From NCBI GenBank assembly GCA_040264895.1, contig JBDQHL010000004.1, forward strand, positions 1 to 58,366: 58,366 bases of DNA, read 5' to 3'. The position numbers and the translations under genes were made by a program. Below are positions 38,674-47,756 of this stretch, in pieces (position 1 is the first letter of the stretch; each line of letters opens with the position of its first letter). This DNA comes from Bacteroidota bacterium (lineage in GTDB: Bacteria > Bacteroidota > Ignavibacteria > Kapaibacteriales > UBA2268). Under the pieces are notes generated by a model. That model was not told the DNA's origin. It ran no database searches and was given only the letters and a program-made list of their open reading frames with translations.

Positions 38674-40014
38674 TTATATAAATAGTGATTCTACGCTGGC
38701 AAATTCTTCTGGTAGTGAGAACACAACAACTCTGTCTCCAGTCTGTATTTGAATGCCCCCTTTTGGAATAATAAGTTCATCTTTTCGGAGTATGGCACCT
38801 ATTACTGCACCGTCTGGAATCTTAAGCTTCATTATTGGCTTTTTGGTTACTTTCGAGCTATCTTTTACTATAAACTCAACAATCTCTGCATCTAACCCAG
38901 GCAACTCAGCAAACTTTGCAATGTCTTTTCCTTTTATCAATCTAGTTATCGCGTTTACGGTAATTTGTTGTTTACTAACTACTGCATCCATATTAAGTGC
39001 AGGTGTTAGTGGTAAGTATTCACTTTTCTTAATTAGTGTTACAGTTCTTTTTACACCCATGTGTTGAGCAACTATACTTGTAATAATATTTGTTTCGTCA
39101 TCACCAGTAATTGCAATGAATTGATCCATAGAATCCAAATTCTCTGAGAGCAATAAGTCTAAGTTTGAGCCATCGCCATTAATGACAAGAGATTTGCTTA
39201 GCTTACTTGCTATTTCAACAGCTTTTTTCTCATCATTTTCAATAATTTTCATATTGATTTCGCCATCGAGCTGAGTAGCCATAAAAGTAGCAGTCAGTCC
39301 ACCACCTATAATTAATATGTCTTCTATATTTTTTTTCTTTTTTCCTAAATAGTCCATTGCTGTATCTAAGTAATTGGGGTCACACACCATATATATTTGG
39401 TCACCTGGTAGCAAAATGTCATTACCCTTAGGTACTATTGTGCTGTGCCCCCTTTTAATGGCTGTAACAGTAAGTGGAGGGTTTTTCAGTTCAATGCTTA
39501 GATCCATTAACTTTTTGTGAAGTAAATTAGAGCTGTTGTCTAATCGTAACCCAAAGAATTTTAACTTACCACCTTCAAACTCGATTAAATCAGTTGCATT
39601 TGACTGCTTTATTAACCTTACTATTGCATCGGCAGTTTCTTTTTCTGGTTGTAGAAAGTGATCAACACCAAGTTCCTCTTTTGTAATAATTGAATCTTCG
39701 GAAAGGTATTCGGGGTTACGTACTCTTGCAATAGTGGTTTCTACACCATATTTTTTTGCTATTTTACACGCAAGTATATTTACCTCGTCATTATCAGTAA
39801 GTGCAGTTAGCACATCTGTTCGCTCCACTCCTGCTTCAATAAGTTTAGCAACACTGCAACCGTTGCCTGTAATAACCATAGCATCAAGAGTATCAGAGGC
39901 AAATTCAGCTAATTCTTCGTTGCTTTCGATTAGTGCTATATTGTGTTTTTCTTTCGAAAATCTTCGTGCAGATTGATATCCAATATCACCTGCACCTATA
40001 ATAATTATTTCCAT
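38674..40014 (-). CDS. trkA: Trk system NAD-binding subunit
   Basis: Two RCK/TrkA-N Rossmann repeats (IIIGAGDIGYQ and IIGGGLTATF), each followed by a TrkA-C domain. 446 aa. Confidence 0.9.
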   Translation of the reverse strand: MEIIIIGAGDIGYQSARRFSKEKHNIALIESNEELAEFASDTLDAMVITGNGCSVAKLIEAGVERTDVLTALTDNDEVNILACKIAKKYGVETTIARVRNPEYLSEDSIITKEELGVDHFLQPEKETADAIVRLIKQSNATDLIEFEGGKLKFFGLRLDNSSNLLHKKLMDLSIELKNPPLTVTAIKRGHSTIVPKGNDILLPGDQIYMVCDPNYLDTAMDYLGKKKKNIEDILIIGGGLTATFMATQLDGEINMKIIENDEKKAVEIASKLSKSLVINGDGSNLDLLLSENLDSMDQFIAITGDDETNIITSIVAQHMGVKRTVTLIKKSEYLPLTPALNMDAVVSKQQITVNAITRLIKGKDIAKFAELPGLDAEIVEFIVKDSSKVTKKPIMKLKIPDGAVIGAILRKDELIIPKGGIQIQTGDRVVVFSLPEEFASVESLFI

Positions 40015-40153
40015 TTTAAAATATTTTTTTCTATATTAAACCTTTCCACTAAAGTAAATTTAGAATTTATTGTAAATAATAAAAATAAAGAGTGCTTATA
40101 AACCATTTTTTACTATTTGAAAATTTAAATTAAAATTCGTAAAATAGATATAC

Positions 40154-40165
40154 TGCAATATTGCA
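40154..40165. promoter_or_regulatory. perfect 12-bp palindrome TGCAATATTGCA in the divergent trkA / cluster promoter region
   Basis: Read directly from the sequence. It sits about 80 nt upstream of the 40245 start and 140 nt upstream of trkA. Confidence 0.2.
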
Positions 40166-40244
40166 TTTCACAAAATGTATATTTACAGTGTGTTATATTT
40201 ATATTTAAAATTGAAACAAAAGTTAAATAATTCAAAGGTAAAAG

Positions 40245-42542
40245 ATGTCTAAAGGCGGTGCTGGAAAGGTATATTTCGTACTTTACTTAGCGGTAGTATT
40301 AGAGCTCCTAATTATTATCGTAGAGAGAGATGAAGCGGAAGAACACCTTCACAAAAAGCAAAAAGAGGCAATGAAGATTGTCCAATCAATCCTTTCGCAA
40401 CTTCAGTCTGGTTCAGGTACTGAAGGTATTAACACAAGACCACAAGATGAGATTACTATTCCACCTCCAGGTGTGAATATTAAAGAAGTGCTTGGTACTG
40501 ATATCAAATCATATAGAAGATATATAGTAGAAGTAGGTGTGACTGATGTTAGTGCAACTTCCGGACAACTGGAAGGTGAACCAAAGAAAGAATACTTAGA
40601 AAGATTAGAAAAATTAGTTCGTTTGGCTAATGTAGAGGACTTAGAATATCAAGTGTTCTACAATAGTAGCCAAGAGACTGGTGCTGTTCCTCCTTTCCCT
40701 GGGGATGATTTTTTCAAGGAAAAGAATTACGATTTCGCTGAGTTTGAATTAGGTAATACTGTTACAGATCCAGAGTCAAATGAAATCTGGGAATTTATCG
40801 GTGTCCAAAAAATATTGATGGACGATAATGCTACTTTCGAATCATTAGATTTAAGTGATATTAGCACCGAACTAATGCACCCAATTTATGACCCAGAAAG
40901 AAGAGTTATACATGGTTCAACTTTTGCGCCAAGTAATACTCCAGAAGATAGCGTTTTCTTCTACTCTGAGGAAGAAACTAAGATGGCTTCTGGAATTTAT
41001 GGTAACAGAGGAACTCTGAACAAGCGTGCATTTGTTGTGAACTTCCAACCGCCAAGTAAAGCTGGTTGGTATAAATTAAGGTTCGTATCAAGAACTAATA
41101 GAATCTTGGGTGTGCGTTCTGACCAAAAAGTAGAAGAACTTGATAAAGAAGCTACTGTTAATATTGGTACAGTACAACTTAAGATAGAAGATCTATTAAA
41201 GGTTAAAAAAGAATTAGGAAGAAAATTAGAAAAATATGATATCCCTGAAGAAGATGTATTAACATCAGCAGGTGGATTCCGTGAATTTGATGAGCAAATA
41301 GATGAAGCTAAAAAGCGTGCTTCTACAGAAGAAGATGCTGGAGATTTGATTGGAAACATCAGATTGTATGGATATATAGTTAAACTATTGACTCCAGGTC
41401 AATCTCAAAACTTTGATCAAAACAAAGGTGATATAGAGTTTAACATACGTGTTATGACTCCTAAGCCAAAAATTGCTGAACCAGTCGTTCAAATTGCTAA
41501 TAATTTCTATAGGTTCGACGACAGCAAAGTTAATTTTAGAATGTCAATTTCACCTTATCAAGGTGATGCAAATGTAATAAGAGGTACTGTTCACGATGCA
41601 GCTGCAGGGCCATCTAGCCAGCCAGTTGCGACGGTAAGCTTTGAAAGAGCAACTGAAGGTACTCCTGGAAGTGGTGGTAGCGTTGATTATATAGGAACAG
41701 TGAGCCAAGAATTAGCAGCTAATGCTAATGGTGGTCCACGTAATTATATATTAAAAGTTAAACACCAATTGCAAGGTAAAGAAGATGAGAAAACTCCAAA
41801 TCTAGTTGTTTTCCCTTCTTTAGTTGAAGAGAAAATAAATGCTCTTAAAAGTAAGTTAGGATTCTTGGCAGTATATGGTGAGCAATTGTTCTTCAACTTT
41901 GAGCCACCTTCGGGTAACAAAATTCAGCCTGAGCAATTTGGTTATTATTTTGAAACTGATGCTGATGCTCAAGATAGAGGCTTGATGACAGGTCTTGGTG
42001 CAACAAGAGCTGACAATCTATACTTCTCAGCTGATATGAAAAAAGCTTCTTTAAGAATAGTGTGGACTGACCCTATAACTAAGCAAGAAGTTGATATATT
42101 CCCTAAACATGAATTTACTATACTTCAAGCTGAGCCAGGTGTAGCAACTATAAATCAACAAAACAGTGTTTCTGTTGACGGCGAAATGCTTAGAGTTAGA
42201 GTATCTGGTATTAACATTACTGCTCCTAAAATTGGACAAGAAGGTAGTGATGCCGAAGCAGAGGTGGATATATCTCTATCTCCTCCACAAGTCAGAATAC
42301 CTGGTTACCAAGCAGTTGGAAAACCAAATATTACAATCAAAGGTGGTAAAGCTCAAATTGACTTAACTCTAAGAGGTGAGCCTGATGATGATGGTAATAT
42401 AAGAGGTACTGTAGAAATTCTTGGCCAAGCAGTTGCGACAAACCCAGTTAATGGTGTTCAGTCAGCTCCTAAGCCAATAAAGATTTCAGTGAGCGTTAAG
42501 CAAAAAGTTGAAGCACAAAATGATTATTACGAAGACTATTAA
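40245..42542 (+). CDS. envelope cluster protein A: N-terminally membrane-anchored, large periplasmic protein, unknown family
   Basis: 765 aa. There is a single TM helix (VYFVLYLAVVLELLIIIV) containing a Glu, then a short coiled segment, then about 700 aa of beta-rich sequence with Ig-like-looking C-terminal modules. There is no signal-peptidase site. Good RBS-like context (AAAGGTAAAAGATG). Confidence 0.7.
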   Translation: MSKGGAGKVYFVLYLAVVLELLIIIVERDEAEEHLHKKQKEAMKIVQSILSQLQSGSGTEGINTRPQDEITIPPPGVNIKEVLGTDIKSYRRYIVEVGVTDVSATSGQLEGEPKKEYLERLEKLVRLANVEDLEYQVFYNSSQETGAVPPFPGDDFFKEKNYDFAEFELGNTVTDPESNEIWEFIGVQKILMDDNATFESLDLSDISTELMHPIYDPERRVIHGSTFAPSNTPEDSVFFYSEEETKMASGIYGNRGTLNKRAFVVNFQPPSKAGWYKLRFVSRTNRILGVRSDQKVEELDKEATVNIGTVQLKIEDLLKVKKELGRKLEKYDIPEEDVLTSAGGFREFDEQIDEAKKRASTEEDAGDLIGNIRLYGYIVKLLTPGQSQNFDQNKGDIEFNIRVMTPKPKIAEPVVQIANNFYRFDDSKVNFRMSISPYQGDANVIRGTVHDAAAGPSSQPVATVSFERATEGTPGSGGSVDYIGTVSQELAANANGGPRNYILKVKHQLQGKEDEKTPNLVVFPSLVEEKINALKSKLGFLAVYGEQLFFNFEPPSGNKIQPEQFGYYFETDADAQDRGLMTGLGATRADNLYFSADMKKASLRIVWTDPITKQEVDIFPKHEFTILQAEPGVATINQQNSVSVDGEMLRVRVSGINITAPKIGQEGSDAEAEVDISLSPPQVRIPGYQAVGKPNITIKGGKAQIDLTLRGEPDDDGNIRGTVEILGQAVATNPVNGVQSAPKPIKISVSVKQKVEAQNDYYEDY

Positions 42543-42560
42543 TATTTCAAAGGTAAATTA

Positions 42561-44306
42561 ATGAACAAAAGTACAATTAAAGTATATGCGGTGTTCCTTA
42601 TCTTATTTGGGTTTGCATTAACTAGTACGCAAGCACAAAGAATAGATGATGTAACTTCCATACTATCTAAGTTCAAAAACTATAGATTTGGTGCAGTGAA
42701 CGTCTACAAAATCACAACTCCAGACGAGTTAAAAGAGATTGTAGAATCTAAAAGGAAGAAAGCCACAAGTGCCGGTGCTGCAGATGCGAAGTGTTTGGAA
42801 GAAGTTGATCCTGCAATTAAGGATATAGTTGAAAAAGGTATTTTGTCTGGGAGCTCTCAAACAGAAATAGCTAGAACTATAATAACTTCAGGATATACTC
42901 CTCCAGAAGCAACAATCTTGGATTGTGTTTACAAGAATTTGTATGACCAATTAGTTGGTGGTGGAGAAGCTACTACACCTAAGGCTTACTTAGTTACATC
43001 TCGTCCTGAAAAAGGGGAACTTCCGGATAGAATCATTGGTATGATTTATATGGAGTTAGACTTTGACCAGGCTCAGAGAGAGATTAGAGAAGATTTAGAA
43101 TTTGTATCTACTGATAATATCTATTCTTATGATAGACTTAAAGATACTAAGATAGATCCTGCTAAGTATGGTTACGAGAATATGTATGACTTAACTTATG
43201 CATATTTGATTCAAGGTAACTTTGAGAACGAAACTATGGCTGCAAGAGCAATTGGTACTGATGTAATTTACCTAGATAAGGTTTACGGAGTATCTCAGCC
43301 ACTGATCAGCAATAATAGAATTAATTCTAGAGATATTCAGATTTACAAAAGAATATCAGCAGGACAACCTGAGAAGTATATAGGTAAAAGCAATATACTT
43401 ACTGCAAGTCCTGATTTGATTAGCTGGATACAATATGACATACAGTACCAAAGAAAGAGAGACGGTTCTATTGCAACTGACTCACTTGGAAACAAATTAA
43501 TAAATCCAAGAAGAGCTAGTAATGATTTCCTACCAAACTTTGGTATTGAACTTAAGTATGGCATTGAAGGTATTAACTATCCTTCTTTCTGGAGTAACAG
43601 AATGACATTGTCTGCTATATGGAAGAATGTGAAATTTGGAGTTATACTACCAACTGATGGTTGGGGATCATTCTCTGAAGATGTATTCAACCAACAACGT
43701 ACTATGACTTATGGTGGTGTTGGTGTAGCTGGTGAGTTAGACTTCCCATTTGCTATCATCCCAAGAAGTGATGTATTTAGAGTCAATTTTGGATATGTAT
43801 TCGGAGATGCTGAACCAGGTCCTGGTACAGCTGGTGCTGATTTAGATCCATTGACATTTAATCAAAACCCATTCCAAAATGATCATCTAATGAGATTTAA
43901 TTTGCAAGCACATTATACTTTTGGTATCAGTGTTGATGAAGATTACTTCATGCGATTTAGTCTTGGTGGTACTGGTTACTCAATGGAAGATTGGGGATAC
44001 AATATTGACTTGGATGATGAAGAACCAGAAGCTTCATTTGAAGAAAGAGGTAGCGAATTCGTTGGCGGTCTTTCTGGTAAATTAGAATTTATGACTACTA
44101 ATAACACTACACCGTTTGGTGGTGGTATTCAGTACTTCGATGAATCATTACAATTCAATGGTTGGGTTCAAGTACCAGTAGTTGAAAACACTTTCTCTAT
44201 TAGATTAGAAGCTAACGGATATGCAGTAGCATTCAGAAAGGAGCCAAGACTTTGGGAAATGAATTCATTGTTAGTCCCTATGGCACGTTTGATCTATGTA
44301 TTCTAA
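42561..44306 (+). CDS. envelope cluster protein B: secreted protein with putative outer-membrane beta-barrel C-terminal half
   Basis: 581 aa with signal peptide (...ALTSTQAQ). The C-terminal roughly 280 aa show alternating hydrophobic/polar strands and Gly/aromatic girdle residues, and end in ARLIYVF (terminal Phe). It begins 18 nt after A. Confidence 0.65.
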   Translation: MNKSTIKVYAVFLILFGFALTSTQAQRIDDVTSILSKFKNYRFGAVNVYKITTPDELKEIVESKRKKATSAGAADAKCLEEVDPAIKDIVEKGILSGSSQTEIARTIITSGYTPPEATILDCVYKNLYDQLVGGGEATTPKAYLVTSRPEKGELPDRIIGMIYMELDFDQAQREIREDLEFVSTDNIYSYDRLKDTKIDPAKYGYENMYDLTYAYLIQGNFENETMAARAIGTDVIYLDKVYGVSQPLISNNRINSRDIQIYKRISAGQPEKYIGKSNILTASPDLISWIQYDIQYQRKRDGSIATDSLGNKLINPRRASNDFLPNFGIELKYGIEGINYPSFWSNRMTLSAIWKNVKFGVILPTDGWGSFSEDVFNQQRTMTYGGVGVAGELDFPFAIIPRSDVFRVNFGYVFGDAEPGPGTAGADLDPLTFNQNPFQNDHLMRFNLQAHYTFGISVDEDYFMRFSLGGTGYSMEDWGYNIDLDDEEPEASFEERGSEFVGGLSGKLEFMTTNNTTPFGGGIQYFDESLQFNGWVQVPVVENTFSIRLEANGYAVAFRKEPRLWEMNSLLVPMARLIYVF

Positions 44307-44334
44307 AAATTGTAAAACAGAAAGAAATATAAAT

Positions 44335-45774
44335 ATGAAAAAAATAACATCTTTAATAATAGTAAGCATTTTGATGATAGCAGGAGCTACTTACACTAGC
44401 AATGCTCAGGCATCAGGTGATTATGACTACGTTGACTCACTAATGACTATAGATTATGAGTTACGAAAAATGTTCCCACGTTGGAAGGTTTGTGAACCGG
44501 ATTTACAATTCCAGATATATCAAGCGTTCTCAATATATGGGTACTCAAAGGACGAATTAAATATAGAAGAAATTGAAGTATTAGCTTCACCAAAGCCTCC
44601 CAGAGAAAGAAATTATGAAATACTTTTACTTTCTTGTGGTGATGCAACAATGAACCCTCAAGAAATAGATCAAAATATAAAGACTATTTCTAAGTATCTA
44701 TCTGGCGATAAGAACTACAATAGATTTGAAAGACCAACTCCAGGTGCTGACCCAAGAACATATTGTTACATTGAGGTTCCACCTGAGGTTCCAGTTAAGC
44801 CATCTGAGGCAACTGCAATTCAAGACTATTTGAGGCCAGAAGATAAAATTCAAGCGATTACTCTATCATTATTTGAGCAATCACTTAAAGTTGGTGAAAC
44901 TGGGTTTTGGCTAAATAATAAAGTTGGTACAGATGAAGTTGGTTACCATTTTTGGTCAGCTGGTGAAAGTAAAATGACTTTACAAAGACCACTAATGAAC
45001 AACACTGACCCTGAAACTCGTGAGTATGTACCAAGATTAATCAATGCATACTTAGGTGGTGCTTACAGACATTCATCTGGTATTGATAACGAAGGAACAG
45101 CTTTTTCTTGGGTAAGTAACAGAATATTGAATTCTGGCCCTGATGGTAAAATTGTTGCAGGTTTTGATGTTCACATGCCTTTCCACCCGCAGTTCGGTAT
45201 AGGTTTGAACTTAGAACTTCCATTTAGCGATTTAAGAACTGAAGCAGTTGCTCCTGGTGACTATGGCACTTATGCAAATACTGATGCTAGCTTTACTGAT
45301 GGAAGAGGTGGTAACGATGATGTTGATGTTCTTGGGGTTGCTCCTTTATTAAGAGAGACTGGTCAAGCGACGTTATTTTATAACTGGTGGTTAGGTTCAG
45401 ATAATACACCATCACATTATTTCAGATTTGATGTTGGTGCAAGTTATGCTCAAGTTGATGAATATTTAATGTATGAAGAAAATTTCTCTTATACTTTAGA
45501 AAGAAACGGAGTTTCTGGACTACAAACTTACAAACCAGATTCATTTGGTGATTGGTTCTATTTCAGAGCTCAGTATAGAAATCAACAAGCATTTCCATTT
45601 AGCTTAAGCATGCAAATATCAAATCAGATATTATTAGCTCAAGCTTATATGCCAATATTTGGGAACTGGTTCTTACTTGAAGGAAGATTCTCTACAATAC
45701 TAAGGGACGAAATCAGACCTTTCGAAATTCAAAACTTCTTTATGATAAGTCCTGTTCTTAGGATAACTATCTAA
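44335..45774 (+). CDS. envelope cluster protein C: secreted paralog of B with putative beta-barrel C-terminal half
   Basis: The start was set at MKKITSLIIVSILMIAGATYTSNAQA (signal peptide); the longer ORF begins at 44296. The C-terminal blocks parallel those of B (for example RPFEIQNFFMISPVLRITI against RLWEMNSLLVPMARLIYVF). Confidence 0.65.
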   Translation: MKKITSLIIVSILMIAGATYTSNAQASGDYDYVDSLMTIDYELRKMFPRWKVCEPDLQFQIYQAFSIYGYSKDELNIEEIEVLASPKPPRERNYEILLLSCGDATMNPQEIDQNIKTISKYLSGDKNYNRFERPTPGADPRTYCYIEVPPEVPVKPSEATAIQDYLRPEDKIQAITLSLFEQSLKVGETGFWLNNKVGTDEVGYHFWSAGESKMTLQRPLMNNTDPETREYVPRLINAYLGGAYRHSSGIDNEGTAFSWVSNRILNSGPDGKIVAGFDVHMPFHPQFGIGLNLELPFSDLRTEAVAPGDYGTYANTDASFTDGRGGNDDVDVLGVAPLLRETGQATLFYNWWLGSDNTPSHYFRFDVGASYAQVDEYLMYEENFSYTLERNGVSGLQTYKPDSFGDWFYFRAQYRNQQAFPFSLSMQISNQILLAQAYMPIFGNWFLLEGRFSTILRDEIRPFEIQNFFMISPVLRITI

Positions 45775-45795
45775 ATTGGTAATTTGATTTAACAA

Positions 45796-45828
45796 GCCCT
45801 TCTGTTTAAAACAGAGGGGTTTTTTTTT
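45796..45828 (+). terminator. rho-independent terminator after cluster gene C
   Basis: Stem CCCTTCTGT/ACAGAGGGG (one mismatch) followed by T9. Confidence 0.65.
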
Positions 45829-45854
45829 ATACTATCTTTCAGTAACTTGCAGCT

Positions 45855-47207
45855 ATGTTAAAAACCATGTATATATTATTATTAACATTCCTATTCTCTT
45901 TAGTTAGTTTATCTGCAAATCAATCAGATACATTAACAAAAGTCCCTTCTGCTAAAGATTCGTTAGCTAAAAAGCAAGATCTGATGCGAACAGCACAAGT
46001 TACCTATGAGCAAAAGGAGATTAAACTTACAATCCAGAATGTCGACATTTCCAATTATCCTATTATTAAGGTAATTGTTGAGGCGTATAATATATATGGT
46101 CAGGCATTAGATACTTTATATTCTGAAGGATTGAGTGTATTAGAAAATGGAAAAGAATACCAAGTGATTTCAGTTGATAAACTATCAATTAATGAAAGAG
46201 TTCCTGTTGATTTTGTTTTTGTAATAGACCAGACTGGTTCTATGCAATCTTATATCGATGCAGTTAGAAAAAAAGTTCGTGATTTGACAGACTTTCTTAA
46301 AACCCGAGGTATTGACTATACGCTTGGATTAGTTTTATTTTCAGATGAAGTTGATAGAGTATATCAACCAACACCAGATGTTAATGATTTCCTTAGTTGG
46401 ATTGGTAGAGTAAAAGCTAGAGGTGGTGGTGATGTTAAGGAGAATGCTCTTGAAGCATTAGAGGCAACTGCTGACCAAATAGAATTTAGACCTGCTGCGA
46501 ATAAGGTAGCTGTTTTAGTGACTGATGCGCCATATCATCAAGCTGGTGAAACTGGAAAAGGTACGAGTGACCATACTACAGAGTCAATAACAAAGAAGTT
46601 ATTTGAAGATCAAGTTAGAGTATTTAGTATTGTCCCACCAAGACTTACAGCGTATAATTATATATCATCGAATACTCGTGGGAACTTCTACGATATAGAC
46701 TATCCTTTTTCAACTATTTTGGATAATTTTTCAAATCAGTTGACAAATCTATATGCATTAAAATACAGAACAAATAAACCAGCTATTCCTGATAGCATTG
46801 ATATTGCAATAATTAATGAAAGAAAAGAAGAGCTAACAAAAAAGACTATTCCAATTGTAGAATTAGGTAGAAAGCTAATTATTGAAAATATGCTGTATCA
46901 GACTGGTAGCTCAAATCTGCCGGATACTGTTCCTGAATTAGAAATAATGACGGAATTTATGAAAAACAGAGAGAATGTAGTTGTTATGATAGAAGGTCAT
47001 ACTGACGCAATCGGAAGCTATGCTACTAATGATAGACTTTCTAAACAGAGAGCTGAAAGTGTTAAGCGTTATCTTATAAAAAATGGTATTGCTAAAAGAC
47101 GAATCAAAACTGCGGGTTACGGCGAAAGAAGGCCAATAGCTTCTAACAAAACTGATTTTGGTAGAAAACTTAATCGGCGAACCGAGATAATAATAATAGC
47201 TAAGTAG
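45855..47207 (+). CDS. secreted vWA-domain protein with C-terminal OmpA-like peptidoglycan-binding domain
   Basis: Signal peptide. The vWA MIDAS region is VFVIDQTGSM, with later TDAPYH. The OmpA_C signature is IEGHTDAIGSYATNDRLSKQRAESVKRYL...NRRTEI. Confidence 0.85.
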   Translation: MLKTMYILLLTFLFSLVSLSANQSDTLTKVPSAKDSLAKKQDLMRTAQVTYEQKEIKLTIQNVDISNYPIIKVIVEAYNIYGQALDTLYSEGLSVLENGKEYQVISVDKLSINERVPVDFVFVIDQTGSMQSYIDAVRKKVRDLTDFLKTRGIDYTLGLVLFSDEVDRVYQPTPDVNDFLSWIGRVKARGGGDVKENALEALEATADQIEFRPAANKVAVLVTDAPYHQAGETGKGTSDHTTESITKKLFEDQVRVFSIVPPRLTAYNYISSNTRGNFYDIDYPFSTILDNFSNQLTNLYALKYRTNKPAIPDSIDIAIINERKEELTKKTIPIVELGRKLIIENMLYQTGSSNLPDTVPELEIMTEFMKNRENVVVMIEGHTDAIGSYATNDRLSKQRAESVKRYLIKNGIAKRRIKTAGYGERRPIASNKTDFGRKLNRRTEIIIIAK

Positions 47208-47217
47208 CCAATTTCAA

Positions 47218-47745
47218 TTAACTACCCTTCAATTCTGTCATTGTGAAAAGAGAATGCAATTTTATTCCTTCTTTCTTCAAATTCTCTTCACCAGTAGATT
47301 CTCTATTAATCACACAAATAGCTTCTTCGACTATTGCACCACGCTCACGTAAATCATTAGCACTAAGTACAATCTGACCGCCGCTAGTCACAACATCTTC
47401 AATTATTAATAATCTTTTCCCTTCTATATTTGGGCCTTCTGCAAGTTTGCAAGTGCCGTACTCCTTTGCTTCTTTTCTAACTAACACCATATCCAAATCA
47501 TCTTGAAGAGAGATAGCTGTAGCTATTGGTATTCCTCCCATTTCTAATGGTGCTAATAAATCGAATTGAAGACCAGGCATTATATCTTGTGATATATACT
47601 TGGCTATATTCTTTAACAAGTTGGGACGTGATTCGAATTGATATTTATCGAAGTATTCGTTGCTCGTAACGCCTGAGCGAAGTTTGAACTCACCAATTAT
47701 GTGCGCAACATCGTATATATTTTTGCAAAGTTCTTGTTTTGTCAT
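47218..47745 (-). CDS. pyrE: orotate phosphoribosyltransferase
   Basis: PRPP-binding motif LLIIEDVVTSGG. The start was set at MTKQELCKNIY, because the longer ORF to 47814 overlaps the upstream gene. Confidence 0.85.
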   Translation of the reverse strand: MTKQELCKNIYDVAHIIGEFKLRSGVTSNEYFDKYQFESRPNLLKNIAKYISQDIMPGLQFDLLAPLEMGGIPIATAISLQDDLDMVLVRKEAKEYGTCKLAEGPNIEGKRLLIIEDVVTSGGQIVLSANDLRERGAIVEEAICVINRESTGEENLKKEGIKLHSLFTMTELKGS

Positions 47746-47756
47746 TGTAAATGTGA

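Noticed and set aside
40245-42542. Calling protein A a GldM/PorM homolog
   Set aside because: The only resemblance is generic (an N-terminal single TM helix followed by a long periplasmic region). The conserved GldM N-terminal motif (…PRQKMINLMYLV…NVS.EVL) is not present, no gldK/L/N-like genes flank it, and it is about 250 aa longer. It is left as unknown.
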